Positions 19,946 to 29,719 of a stretch of DNA of 64,000 bases are shown one piece after another. Source of the stretch: Minisyncoccia bacterium (lineage in GTDB: Bacteria; Patescibacteriota; Minisyncoccia; Phycocordibacterales; UBA9973); contig CBFHKH010000001.1 of assembly GCA_965656375.1 (NCBI GenBank), forward strand, positions 644,291 through 708,290, given 5' to 3'. The first letter of the stretch is position 1. Every line of letters starts with the position of its first letter. The position numbers were made by a program, and so were the translations under genes. The notes below the pieces were generated by a model, which was given only the letters and a program-made list of their open reading frames with translations, was not told the DNA's origin and searched no databases.

Positions 19946-20404
19946 TTATTCAGCGATATATTTTATAACTACCCGTCGATTTGGACCGGATCCTTCAGAT
20001 TCAGTTTTAATATCTTTTGCTCCTTCAAGGAACATATGAACAATACGACGCTCATATGCAGGCATTGGGTCTATTTCAATGCTTGATTTAAAGTATCGTG
20101 CTCGCTCAGCCATCATATGTGCAATGGTTTTTAGATTATCAAAACGCTTTTTCTGGTATTCGTTCACATCAATAAAAAGCTTTGCTGATTGCTCCTCGCC
20201 AACTGTTTTCTCAACCATCTTTCTAACAAGATGATTGAGTGAGCGAAGTGTCTCGCCATCGCGACCGATCATAAATCGTGAGTCTGGAGTACTAATCATG
20301 CACCAGAGCATACCGTTTTCATCCGAGAATTCACATGTTGAAATAGTACACCCGGTTTGTGTAAATATTTCTTCTATGATCTTTTTAACAATATCTTTAT
20401 CCAT
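19946..20404 (-). CDS. jag: Jag/EloR (KhpB) RNA-binding protein, KH + R3H
   Basis: IGRDGETLRSL and ERRIVH...TESEGSGPNRRV motifs; adjacent to yidC. Confidence 0.9.
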   Translation of the reverse strand: MDKDIVKKIIEEIFTQTGCTISTCEFSDENGMLWCMISTPDSRFMIGRDGETLRSLNHLVRKMVEKTVGEEQSAKLFIDVNEYQKKRFDNLKTIAHMMAERARYFKSSIEIDPMPAYERRIVHMFLEGAKDIKTESEGSGPNRRVVIKYIAE

Positions 20405-20407
20405 ATA

Positions 20408-21148
20408 TTATATGACTATTTTAGCAAGTGAGCGTCTGACATACCATTCTTGAATTATCGTGAATATATTACTTGTAATCCAATAGAGTGCAACTGCAGC
20501 CGATATTTGATACGCAATGAATGCAATAAAGACAGGAAGAATATATCGAACATTCATTTGCATACTATCTGAAAGCTGCTCTTGGAATGTTTTCGGTTCA
20601 GGTGTTTCCATTTCTTTTACTACTTCAACTTTTGGCTTTATTGGGGTTGCAAGATAGCCTTGGATAAATTGTGTTATTCCAGCAACAATAGCAAGAATAA
20701 TACTTTTGCCATGAACATCGAATACTCCGAGGAAATTTGTATGAACAGTAAGTGGCATCTTTACAAAAGAGTATAGTGGACCTGCATCAAGAGAAAGGCC
20801 TTTGTAAAACACGTAATAGAGAGCAAAGATGACTGGAAGTTGCAACAGTACTACCAGACAGCCAGAGAATGGATTAACACCGTATTTTTTATATAATTCA
20901 AAGGTTTTCTTTGCTTGCTCTTCTTTATTTGGAAATTCTTTCTTGACCCGTTTTAGTTCAGGTTCAATCTTTTTCATAAGAATTTGACTCTTGATTGATT
21001 TCTTTGTAAGCGGGAAGAGGATGAACTTGACGATAATCGTAAGTATGATAATAGCAAACCCGACATCACCCCAGGTAATGTGGTGTACTATAAAAATAAG
21101 GGCATTATAGATTGGTTGGTAAAAAAGAGTATTCCATAGTGTGTGCAT
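20408..21148 (-). CDS. yidC: Membrane protein insertase YidC
   Basis: GVNPFSGCL, QLPVIFALY and ALYWITSN motifs. Start revised to 21148. Confidence 0.95.
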   Translation of the reverse strand: MHTLWNTLFYQPIYNALIFIVHHITWGDVGFAIIILTIIVKFILFPLTKKSIKSQILMKKIEPELKRVKKEFPNKEEQAKKTFELYKKYGVNPFSGCLVVLLQLPVIFALYYVFYKGLSLDAGPLYSFVKMPLTVHTNFLGVFDVHGKSIILAIVAGITQFIQGYLATPIKPKVEVVKEMETPEPKTFQEQLSDSMQMNVRYILPVFIAFIAYQISAAVALYWITSNIFTIIQEWYVRRSLAKIVI

Positions 21149-21190
21149 TGGTCTATTGTAGCTCAAAAATGCCCGTAATCAAAGAGGCGC

Positions 21191-21397
21191 TTATGTGAGG
21201 GGATCGTACCGATTTTTCTGCCATGGGTGGCATCGAGAGATCCGTCTTAGCCCGTAATAGACTCCCGTAAGAAGACCATATTTATTAATCGCTTCTTTTG
21301 TATATTCTGAACAAGTAGGTAAGAATACACATGATGCGTGAGACCTAAGTGGGGTTTTCTGATAGAGGAATATAAGCCAAAGAACAAACTTTTTCAT
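21191..21397 (-). CDS. yidD: Membrane protein insertion efficiency factor YidD
   Basis: CVFLPTCSEY...RISRCHPW motif. Start revised to 21397. Confidence 0.9.
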   Translation of the reverse strand: MKKFVLWLIFLYQKTPLRSHASCVFLPTCSEYTKEAINKYGLLTGVYYGLRRISRCHPWQKNRYDPLT

Positions 21398-21401
21398 AGA
21401 G

Positions 21402-21722
21402 TTATAGTATTCGAGCTTTCGCAAGAATGTATGCGATATCTTTTTTCATGTCCTCTCTGTGGGCATTTTTCCCTTCTTTTTTGTAAAAAAATATACCGGC
21501 AGCAGTTTTAATAGGGAACGAACGGAGGATTGCATACCCACGCCTTCTGAGTAAATTCCTCTCTACCGCCTTTTTAGCAAGGTTTTTAGGGACTACGAAA
21601 GCATAGTGAGGGGTGGTATGATTGTCGTATCGAAAAATAAAAAACGAGCCAGAGATACTTTTCCCGTGCTTGAGTAAGCTCTGGAATAGCTCTTTGGTAA
21701 CCCGCTTTTTCTTTGGAACCAT
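21402..21722 (-). CDS. rnpA: Ribonuclease P protein component
   Basis: KKAVERNLLRRR RNR-like motif; canonical synteny. Confidence 0.9.
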   Translation of the reverse strand: MVPKKKRVTKELFQSLLKHGKSISGSFFIFRYDNHTTPHYAFVVPKNLAKKAVERNLLRRRGYAILRSFPIKTAAGIFFYKKEGKNAHREDMKKDIAYILAKARIL

Positions 21723-21728
21723 AGGAAT

Positions 21729-21869
21729 CTATTTTTTTATAGAGACTTTTGCCCGACCCTTTTGACGTCTACGAGCAGTAACCTTTCTACCTCCTGGAGT
21801 TTTCGCTCGCACGAGGAATCCGTGAGATTTTGCTCTTTTACGTGTGTTTGGCTGATATGTTTGAGACAT
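21729..21869 (-). CDS. rpmH: 50S ribosomal protein L34 (not in ORF track)
   Basis: Manual translation [46 protein letters not shown]. Confidence 0.95.
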   Translation of the reverse strand: MSQTYQPNTRKRAKSHGFLVRAKTPGGRKVTARRRQKGRAKVSIKK

Positions 21870-21990
21870 ATGCAAAATATATACTAAAATAGGGTTTAAT
21901 GCAATATTCCTAATATTGAAAAACTATCCACACGTTGTTAACAGGTTAATCCAGGTCTCTTTAGTATCAGCAATGTAAGAATAGAGTATA

Positions 21991-23352
21991 ATGTCCACTA
22001 TGAACACAAACGAGCTCTGGAATAACTGTCTTTCAGAAATTGAATCAGGAATATCAAAAGCCAATTTTACTACATGGTTTAAAAATACATCAATAGTAAA
22101 AGAGGATAATGGTACTGTCTATATCGGTGTCCCAAATGAATTTGTAAAAGATTGGCTCTATAATAAATTTCACAAGCTTATACTCAAAACAATAATTACT
22201 CACGAAGAGAGTATCCGAGGAATCGAATATATAATCTCTAAGCACGAGCACACAGCACAACGACAGAACGAAGAAAAGAATATGCCTCTTGTACAAGTAA
22301 ACAAAGAGCTTCCGCTTAATGATCTCTATATAAATAAAGACGATAATCTAAACCCTAAGTATAATTTTAATTCTTTTGTTGTAGGGCCATTCAACGAACT
22401 TGCCTACGCTGTCGCTCAAGCGATTATAACTAACCCTGGTCAGAACTATAATCCATTTTTTATTTATGGGGGTACTGGCCTTGGAAAAACTCATATTATT
22501 CAAGCGATTGGCAATACAATTAAAACTAAACATCCATCAAAAAAGATCTATTATGTGAGTCTTGAACGATTCGCGATTGATTACATAAATTCGATACAAA
22601 ACAAGAATCCTAACTCTTTCAAAGAAAAATATCGAAAATACGACGTGATTATTATGGATGACATCCAATTCATCTCAGGCAAAGATAAGACCCAGGAAGA
22701 ACTTTTCCATCTTTTCAATACACTCTATGAGAGTAATAAGCAAATAGTGTTTTCTTCAGATAAGCATCCGAATTTTATCCCTGGTCTTGAAGATAGACTT
22801 AAATCTCGTTTCGCCTCTGGAATGATCGTGCAAATCGTAGAGCCTGATTATGAATCTCGAGTCGCTATTATAAAAGCAAAGTTCGAAACAACAAACTCTA
22901 TTGTAGATAAAGATGTGATAGCATATCTCGCTGAATCACTCGAAGGTAATATTCGAGAGCTCGAAGGAAGCTTAAATACTGTTATCGTCCAATCTCAATT
23001 AAAAGGTAAAACTCTTTCAGTCGCTGAGGTTAAAACTCTTATAAAAAATAACATAAAACCCAAAAAGACTGTTGCAATTAAGGATATTGTTCGTATTATC
23101 GCACTCCAATATGGAATCTCAGAAGATGTTATTTACGAGAAAACACGCAGAAGAGAGATTGTCCGAGCTCGCCAAGTAGCTATGTATATCTTGCGTGAAG
23201 ATTTCAATATCTCATATCCACTCATAGGACAGAAAATGGGTGGACGGGATCACACAACCGTCATACACTCTCATCTAAAAATACGAGATGACCTTAAAAC
23301 AGATCCGTCATTACTCCAAGAAATAGAAAAAATTAGAATTATGTTTAAATAG
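21991..23352 (+). CDS. dnaA: Chromosomal replication initiator DnaA
   Basis: YNPFFIYGGTGLGKTH, DDIQF, NIRELEG and GGRDHTTV motifs. Confidence 0.98.
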   Translation: MSTMNTNELWNNCLSEIESGISKANFTTWFKNTSIVKEDNGTVYIGVPNEFVKDWLYNKFHKLILKTIITHEESIRGIEYIISKHEHTAQRQNEEKNMPLVQVNKELPLNDLYINKDDNLNPKYNFNSFVVGPFNELAYAVAQAIITNPGQNYNPFFIYGGTGLGKTHIIQAIGNTIKTKHPSKKIYYVSLERFAIDYINSIQNKNPNSFKEKYRKYDVIIMDDIQFISGKDKTQEELFHLFNTLYESNKQIVFSSDKHPNFIPGLEDRLKSRFASGMIVQIVEPDYESRVAIIKAKFETTNSIVDKDVIAYLAESLEGNIRELEGSLNTVIVQSQLKGKTLSVAEVKTLIKNNIKPKKTVAIKDIVRIIALQYGISEDVIYEKTRRREIVRARQVAMYILREDFNISYPLIGQKMGGRDHTTVIHSHLKIRDDLKTDPSLLQEIEKIRIMFK

Positions 23353-23558
23353 TGTGGAAAAGGTATGTATAAAAAAGTGGAGAAATGTGGAAAATATAGA
23401 ACAGTGTATAAAAATTAAAAATTATGCACAGAAGTTGTTTTTATAAGAAAATAAAATTAATAAAAATATATTTATAAAACAATGACTAGATCACAATCCA
23501 CATATTCACATCACTAATAGTAATAGTAATGTATTAATAGATAATTAGTAACATATAT
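23353..23558. promoter_or_regulatory. Replication origin oriC (DnaA boxes plus DnaA-trio-like unwinding element)
   Basis: DnaA-box-like TGTGGAAAA (23353, 23386), TTATGCACA (23422), CAATCCACA (23494), then TAATAGTAATAGTAA trios (23515-23529) in an AT-rich dnaA-dnaN spacer. One more box CTATCCACA at 21924. Confidence 0.85.
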
Positions 23559-24656
23559 ATGAAACTCGAATGCGGAATAGAAAAAATAAAAAAAGCACTC
23601 ACAACAGTAGAACGCATTACTGGTAAAAATCTAACACTCCCTGTACTCAGTTCGATACTTTGGATTGCATCGGGAAAAACACTAAAACTTCGAGCTACTA
23701 ATCTTAATATTGGTATTGAGATTGATATTCCTGCAAAGATAGAAAAAGAAGGCACTATTGCAATTCGAGGTGATATACTTTCTTCTTTATTTTCAGTTCT
23801 AGAAGGAGGTTCAACTGTTTATTTTGAATCAGTAAACGGAAATATGGTTGTTAAGACAAAAACAAACACTATTTTACTTAAAAGCATTCCACATGAAGAT
23901 TTCCCTACAATTCCGATTGTTGAAGGTGATACATTTACTCTTTCTTCAAAAAAACTCATCGAAGGTATTAAATCCGTTTACTACAGTGCGTCTGTATCAG
24001 AGGTAAAACCAGAGATTGGAAGTATCTATATCTATCCAGAAGATGATATGCTTGTATTTGTTGCAACAGACTCTTTCCGACTTGCAGAAAAGAAGGTAAA
24101 GATAAAACAAAAACTATCATTTAACGGGATATTAATACCATTTAAAAATACTACAGAGATTTTAAAAGTATTTGATAGTATTGATGACGATATTAAAATC
24201 TGCCTACAAAAGAATCAAATATCTTTTTCAAGTGAAAATATATATCTCACATCGCGGGTAATAGATGGAACATTCCCTGACTATAAACAAATCATACCCA
24301 AGAATTCAACTACACAGGCAGTGGTTTTGAAACAAGACTTTATCGCATCTCTGAAAATTTCAAATATTTTTTCTGATAAATTAAATCAAATAACTATCGA
24401 TATACACCCAAAAGAAAAAGTCTTTGAATTACAATCTAAAAATACAGATATTGGCGAAAACACTACACATATAAACGGAGCACTTACTGGAGAGGTGGTT
24501 TCCGCAAACTTCAACTATAAATATATTGTTGATTGCTTTTTGTCTATCTCTCTCGATAGTTTAACTCTCGAACTCAATGGAAACAATAAACCTATGATCA
24601 TTCGTGCTGTTGGAGATAATTCATTCATGTATCTTGTGATGCCAATGAATAGATAA
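23559..24656 (+). CDS. dnaN: DNA polymerase III beta clamp
   Basis: ATDSFRL, GTFPDY and C-terminal YLVMPM motifs; follows dnaA. Confidence 0.97.
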   Translation: MKLECGIEKIKKALTTVERITGKNLTLPVLSSILWIASGKTLKLRATNLNIGIEIDIPAKIEKEGTIAIRGDILSSLFSVLEGGSTVYFESVNGNMVVKTKTNTILLKSIPHEDFPTIPIVEGDTFTLSSKKLIEGIKSVYYSASVSEVKPEIGSIYIYPEDDMLVFVATDSFRLAEKKVKIKQKLSFNGILIPFKNTTEILKVFDSIDDDIKICLQKNQISFSSENIYLTSRVIDGTFPDYKQIIPKNSTTQAVVLKQDFIASLKISNIFSDKLNQITIDIHPKEKVFELQSKNTDIGENTTHINGALTGEVVSANFNYKYIVDCFLSISLDSLTLELNGNNKPMIIRAVGDNSFMYLVMPMNR

Positions 24657-24657
24657 T

Positions 24658-24921
24658 ATGGATTACAATCATGTAACCTTATTTTTAGAAAAGTTCAAAA
24701 AACTCCTATTCCAAAAAGAGGGGTATACGCGCGTTATTGCGGAGACTATTACAAAGCATATTGGAACACCTATAGATATATCTTCAATTTCTACAAAAGG
24801 TTCTATAATCCATATACAAGGGTCACCAGTACTTCGTAATGAAGTCTTGATACATAAACAAGGTATTCTCTCGGATCTCGAGATGCTGATCTCAGGAGCT
24901 CGATTTACTGATATTCGCTAA
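24658..24921 (+). CDS. DciA/DUF721-like protein
   Basis: SPVLRNEVLIHKQGILSDL resembles the DciA core; directly after dnaN. Confidence 0.5.
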   Translation: MDYNHVTLFLEKFKKLLFQKEGYTRVIAETITKHIGTPIDISSISTKGSIIHIQGSPVLRNEVLIHKQGILSDLEMLISGARFTDIR

Positions 24922-27485
24922 GAAGAAAACCCACTACTCACTAAAAACGTCGTAGTATATTCTCCAGTATTGCCTGCTACATCGTAGCCAATAATACGTA
25001 TTGTGTTTTTATCTTTTATTGTATTTACCTCGCTTGGAATGAACGATACTTTAAATGGATATGATTTAAGTGATGTTATATAGGTATCGTTTACGAATAC
25101 ATCGACTTTTCTCATTTGATTTTGACTTATAGGTGTAATTGAAAATGAGACTGCCTCATTTTTTTTATATGCGCCACTATTTAGCCCGGTAGTTGTAAAA
25201 TTGATTCTCGATGTATTTGTGTGAATTCCATCATAAATGTTTGGCTGGTTTGCACTTGTGATTATTTTATATTTTCCACTATTTGCACTCCACCATTTTT
25301 GCACTCCATATTCCCAATTTGAATACTGTGAGTCACTTTCTGGGTTTTCTGGTCGCGGGCCCAAAGGATTATTTTTGTTGATCCAATAGAGGATAGTGTG
25401 CACATTTGTAATAGACTGCTCTGTTCGTGTAGTACTCGGAGTAAGGTCAGTCGCAAGTCCACCCGATACGCGATCAGTGGTGAATGTTTCACCTCCTTGC
25501 CAAAAACCGCGCAGTATAGGAGGAAGCGATGGATCTATAGGATCTGGTTTGTTAAAAGATTCTGCAGGTATATTTTTTAAGGCTTCTGATATAACTCCAT
25601 TCCATATTGGACCGGCAAGAGCGGCACCTCCTTTTTTCATAGGAGTGTTGTCGTTATTACCGACCCATACTCCGACAGCAACCCCGGGAGTATATCCAAT
25701 CGTCCACGCATCCTTGTTGCTGTTTGTGGTACCGGTTTTTACAGCGACCTCTTGCCCAGGAACTACAAGGCTTGAATTTGCTCCAAATGTCGGTGTACGA
25801 GCTGCGTTATCAGAAAGAATATCGGCAAGTACTCGAGTAATATTAGGTTCAAGAACTTTGTACGGTGCTTCCTTGTATTCTTCAAGGATTTCGCCATTAC
25901 TATTTTCTACGGAAAGTATACCTGTGTAAGGATTTCTAACTCCCTCATTAGCAAATACACTATATGCCGATGTCATATCGAGAAGAGTGGTTTCTCCACC
26001 TCCGATAACAAGTGTTAGTCCATATCGTGTTGGATCATTTAGTGTGCTTATACCGAGATCATGAGCCATTTTAATCGAATCAGGTACACCTACAAGGTAT
26101 AAGAGTTTTACTGCTACTACGTTTATAGATTGAGCTAACGCATCTTTCAAATTCATTGGACCACGGAAGCTATTATCATAATTGTCCGGATGATAACAAT
26201 TACTTCCTCCCGTTCCGAGTGGACTACACGAGCTGTTGAATTCAGTTTTTACATCAAAGAGTACCGTATCTTCTGTATATCCTTCCTTAAATGCTTCAGC
26301 ATATACAATAGGCTTGAATGACGACCCTGGCTGGCGCGCAGCGGTAGCTACGTTGAAGTTGCCATCGATCGTTTTATCAAAGTAATCTCGAGATCCAACC
26401 ATAGAAAGTATTTGGCCAGTTTTTGGGTCAATAACTACAACAGCTGCATTTTCTCCATTCCAACTCTTTTCATTTTCTTTCGCATTCTTGAGGGTGATTT
26501 CTTCTGCTTTTTTCTGCAATTCATAATCGATTGTTGTTATGATTTTTAGTCCTCCTAAAGAAATAGCTTCATCACCATATTTCTTCTCGAGATAATCCAT
26601 GATAAAGAATACAAAGTGCGGTGCCGATATATGAGTTGGTTGTTGCGGCATGAATACCACTTGTTCGTTCAATGCATCTACATACTCGGCATTCGTTATA
26701 AATTTCAGATCTACCATTCTCTTGAGTACGAGATTTTTGCGTTCATCAAGCCGAGCCTTATTTTTTCCGTATGGAGAATAGTAAGTAGGATAATTGGGAA
26801 TTGCAGCCAGATATGCTGCTTCAGCCAATGTAAGATCTATAGGTTCTTTTCCAAAGAATGTTTTTGATGCTTCTTCGATTCCATAAATGTTTCCTCCGTA
26901 TGGCGCAGCATTAAGATATAGCGCGAGAATATCATCCTTTTCCATAACACGTTCAAGCTTGATTGCTAGAATCCACTCTTTTATCTTGCGAGAAGGAGTT
27001 CTTTTTGGCGTAAGTAAGGTATTCTTGATCAATTGCTGAGTAATCGTTGATCCGCCGGTAACTCTTTTCCCAGTTAATTTTGCCCAGATTGTTGCACGAA
27101 AAATTGATTTGAGGCGAATACCTTTATGTTGATAGAATTCTGAGTCTTCAATAGCAACAGCAGCATTTCTAATGTTGACCCCCATCGCTTCATAGGGAAT
27201 TATTGTACGTTTTAAGTCTTGATTAGCGTTATAAAGAAGTATTTTTCCTGTTCGGTCGTATATCTTGGTAGAGCTCTGAATTTTTTGTTCTGTGAATGTT
27301 TTGAAATCCGGTAATTTGAGTAAACTCACCCATATTATAAATATACCTATAACAAGTATCCAAAAACTGGCAATTCCAAGAATCCAACTTCGCAGAGAGA
27401 CCTTTTTTAATTTTTTGCCAATAATTTTGGTATATTTGCTGACTGTCCGGTGGAATTTTTTAAAATATTTCTTTGCGATATCCAT
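24918..27485 (-). CDS. Class A penicillin-binding protein (PBP1A family)
   Basis: Transglycosylase EDSEFYQH and GGSTITQQL; transpeptidase QPGSSFK, SIN and KTGT. Confidence 0.95.
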   Translation of the reverse strand: MDIAKKYFKKFHRTVSKYTKIIGKKLKKVSLRSWILGIASFWILVIGIFIIWVSLLKLPDFKTFTEQKIQSSTKIYDRTGKILLYNANQDLKRTIIPYEAMGVNIRNAAVAIEDSEFYQHKGIRLKSIFRATIWAKLTGKRVTGGSTITQQLIKNTLLTPKRTPSRKIKEWILAIKLERVMEKDDILALYLNAAPYGGNIYGIEEASKTFFGKEPIDLTLAEAAYLAAIPNYPTYYSPYGKNKARLDERKNLVLKRMVDLKFITNAEYVDALNEQVVFMPQQPTHISAPHFVFFIMDYLEKKYGDEAISLGGLKIITTIDYELQKKAEEITLKNAKENEKSWNGENAAVVVIDPKTGQILSMVGSRDYFDKTIDGNFNVATAARQPGSSFKPIVYAEAFKEGYTEDTVLFDVKTEFNSSCSPLGTGGSNCYHPDNYDNSFRGPMNLKDALAQSINVVAVKLLYLVGVPDSIKMAHDLGISTLNDPTRYGLTLVIGGGETTLLDMTSAYSVFANEGVRNPYTGILSVENSNGEILEEYKEAPYKVLEPNITRVLADILSDNAARTPTFGANSSLVVPGQEVAVKTGTTNSNKDAWTIGYTPGVAVGVWVGNNDNTPMKKGGAALAGPIWNGVISEALKNIPAESFNKPDPIDPSLPPILRGFWQGGETFTTDRVSGGLATDLTPSTTRTEQSITNVHTILYWINKNNPLGPRPENPESDSQYSNWEYGVQKWWSANSGKYKIITSANQPNIYDGIHTNTSRINFTTTGLNSGAYKKNEAVSFSITPISQNQMRKVDVFVNDTYITSLKSYPFKVSFIPSEVNTIKDKNTIRIIGYDVAGNTGEYTTTFLVSSGFSS

Positions 27486-27553
27486 ATAGTACTATCATAT
27501 CATAGTTGGCAATGCCTACGGACAAAGCAAGCTTTTTATGATAGTATGCCTGT

Positions 27554-28942
27554 ATGAGCAAGGTTATAAATACAAATATGATAGATGAGCTTCTTTCGCG
27601 CGGAGTGGGTGAATTTATTGATCCTGATGGTAAATTTCGCACAAATCTTGAGACTAATCCAGAAAAAGTAGTTATAAAATTTGGCGTTGATCCCACACGG
27701 CCTGACCTCCACCTTGGCCATGCAGTAGTGCTTCGCAAACTCAGACAATTTCAAGATCTCGGATGCAAGGTCGTTTTTCTTATTGGAGATTATACCGGGC
27801 AGATCGGTGACCCGACTGGTAAAAATGTTGTCCGACCGGAAGTAGATTTCATGGAAATAGAAAAGAATATGAAGACCTATCTTACCCAAGTCGGTAAAAT
27901 CTTACGAGAAGACCCGGCTGTATTTTCTTGGATACGAAACTCAGATTGGTTTACATCTGTTTCTGATGTTATGCCAGGACCAGATTCGAAAACAACAATA
28001 GAGATACAAGAAGAAGATACGAAAAAAGTCATAGAGATAGCACCAGATTCGTTCCTTGGTAAAGCAATACTCCTTGATAATTCAAGGATGCAGAAGACGC
28101 AATTACAAAACAATCAAATTCAAAGTATCTCACTCTCAGGAGTATTAAGAACGTTACGGCACATAACTCATTCGCGATTGATAGCACGTGATATGTTCAA
28201 AGACCGCTTAAGTAAAGGTGAAGAGCTCTATATGCACGAGATGTTATATCCAGTTCTCCAAGGGCTCGATTCGCATGTTCTCGAAAAAGTTTATAATTCA
28301 TGCGATCTAGAGATTGGCGGTACGGATCAGACATTTAATATGTTGATAGGGCGTGATGTTATGAAGATGTACGGACAAAAAGAACAGTCGGTCATGTCTA
28401 TCAAGATTCTTGAAGGACTTGATGGCAAGGAAAAGATGTCTAAGAGTCTTGATAACTATGTAGGTATCACAGATGAACCATCAGATATGTATGGAAAGAT
28501 TATGTCTATACCCGATTCTTCAATAGTAAATTATTTCGAACTCTGCACGTTTTCTTCTATGAGCGAAGTAGAGAATATTCGAAACGGACTTACAAATAAC
28601 TCTCTTCATCCGAAAGAAGTAAAAATGAGTCTCGCGAAACAGATTGTATCGATTTATCATGGTGAACAAGAAGCAATGAAGGCAGAGGAAAATTTCATCA
28701 ATACATTCCAGAAAAACGAAATCCCTACAGATATAGAAGCTATTTCCGTAGAACCTGACACATTACTTGTTGATGCCTTTCTTTCGACTGGAATTGTTTC
28801 ATCAAAGAGTGATTTCCGTAGATTGGTAGATGAAAATGCTATTACTTATCTTGATACAGATGAGAAAATATCATCTCATACTGCGCTTGCAACTAGCGGA
28901 GTATATAGAATAGGAAAGAAACGATTCTGTAAAATTAAATAA
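27554..28942 (+). CDS. tyrS: Tyrosine--tRNA ligase
   Basis: GVDPT, HLGH, GGTDQ and KMSKS motifs; C-terminal S4-like domain. Confidence 0.95.
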   Translation: MSKVINTNMIDELLSRGVGEFIDPDGKFRTNLETNPEKVVIKFGVDPTRPDLHLGHAVVLRKLRQFQDLGCKVVFLIGDYTGQIGDPTGKNVVRPEVDFMEIEKNMKTYLTQVGKILREDPAVFSWIRNSDWFTSVSDVMPGPDSKTTIEIQEEDTKKVIEIAPDSFLGKAILLDNSRMQKTQLQNNQIQSISLSGVLRTLRHITHSRLIARDMFKDRLSKGEELYMHEMLYPVLQGLDSHVLEKVYNSCDLEIGGTDQTFNMLIGRDVMKMYGQKEQSVMSIKILEGLDGKEKMSKSLDNYVGITDEPSDMYGKIMSIPDSSIVNYFELCTFSSMSEVENIRNGLTNNSLHPKEVKMSLAKQIVSIYHGEQEAMKAEENFINTFQKNEIPTDIEAISVEPDTLLVDAFLSTGIVSSKSDFRRLVDENAITYLDTDEKISSHTALATSGVYRIGKKRFCKIK

Positions 28943-28979
28943 TATAAAATCCCCACAGCTCTTGTGGGGATTTTATATT
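28941..28979. terminator. Bidirectional intrinsic terminator
   Basis: AATATAAAATCCCCACA / TGTGGGGATTTTATATT inverted repeat between convergent genes. Confidence 0.8.
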
Positions 28980-29144
28980 TTAATATTCAGAGCCATCAAG
29001 ACCAGCCATGCCTTCGTCGTCATCCATATCGTCCGCGATCATATCATCATCAAGCATTGGATCTTTTAGATCATCATCTAGATCAAGATCATCATCTTCA
29101 CCTAGGTCTGGTATTTTTACTTCTTCATCATCACTATAACTCAT
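28980..29144 (-). CDS. Small hyper-acidic protein, 54 aa (not in ORF track)
   Basis: MSYSDDEEVKIPDLGEDDDLDLDDDLKDPMLDDDMIADDMDDDEGMAGLDGSEY; ends at the terminator. Confidence 0.75.
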   Translation of the reverse strand: MSYSDDEEVKIPDLGEDDDLDLDDDLKDPMLDDDMIADDMDDDEGMAGLDGSEY

Positions 29145-29240
29145 AGACTATGTTATATACCTACACTAAAATTGTAATGCATTATTTGTAACAAAATATT
29201 ATTTTCTTTGCAATAATTTATACCTGTGGAAAACGCAAAA

Positions 29241-29717
29241 TTAGAATTTTTCGCATGCAAAACAGGTAAGTCCTATTGCGATAGCATCTAATTCATCGTC
29301 TGATGTAGATGTAGTACCCATGGATATAAGCTTTGGAACCATACTCATAACCATATTTTTATCAGCTTTTCCGTAGCCAGTAACTGCTACTTTTATCTCG
29401 GGTGGTGTGTATTCAAATATGTCGAGTCCTTCACGTGATGCACTATACACAATTACTCCTCGGGCTTCGGCTACGCCCATAACTGTCTTTTGATTATTGG
29501 TGAGGTATAGTTTTTCTATAGCAAGTGCCGTAGGCTTATATTTTTGTATTATGTCCTCAATTTCTTTCCCGATAGCGAGAAGTCGTTCGTGAAATGGGAT
29601 TTTAGAAGAGGTTTTAAAACATGTCGAATATACGAGTATATCTTTTTGTTTTGGTATTCGTTCGAGTATGGCAATACCAACTCGCTCAAAACCTGGATCA
29701 ATAGCCAGTATCTTCAT
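29241..29717 (-). CDS. ruvC: Crossover junction endodeoxyribonuclease RuvC
   Basis: ILAIDPG, EARGV, GYGKADK and DDELDAIAI motifs. Confidence 0.97.
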   Translation of the reverse strand: MKILAIDPGFERVGIAILERIPKQKDILVYSTCFKTSSKIPFHERLLAIGKEIEDIIQKYKPTALAIEKLYLTNNQKTVMGVAEARGVIVYSASREGLDIFEYTPPEIKVAVTGYGKADKNMVMSMVPKLISMGTTSTSDDELDAIAIGLTCFACEKF

Positions 29718-29719
29718 AG

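Noticed and set aside
27953-28125. Intein in TyrRS
   Set aside because: Too short, and lacks the C-terminal His-Asn splice motif.
28964-29146. His-rich + strand ORF
   Set aside because: It is the antisense shadow of the GAT-rich acidic ORF and begins inside a terminator.
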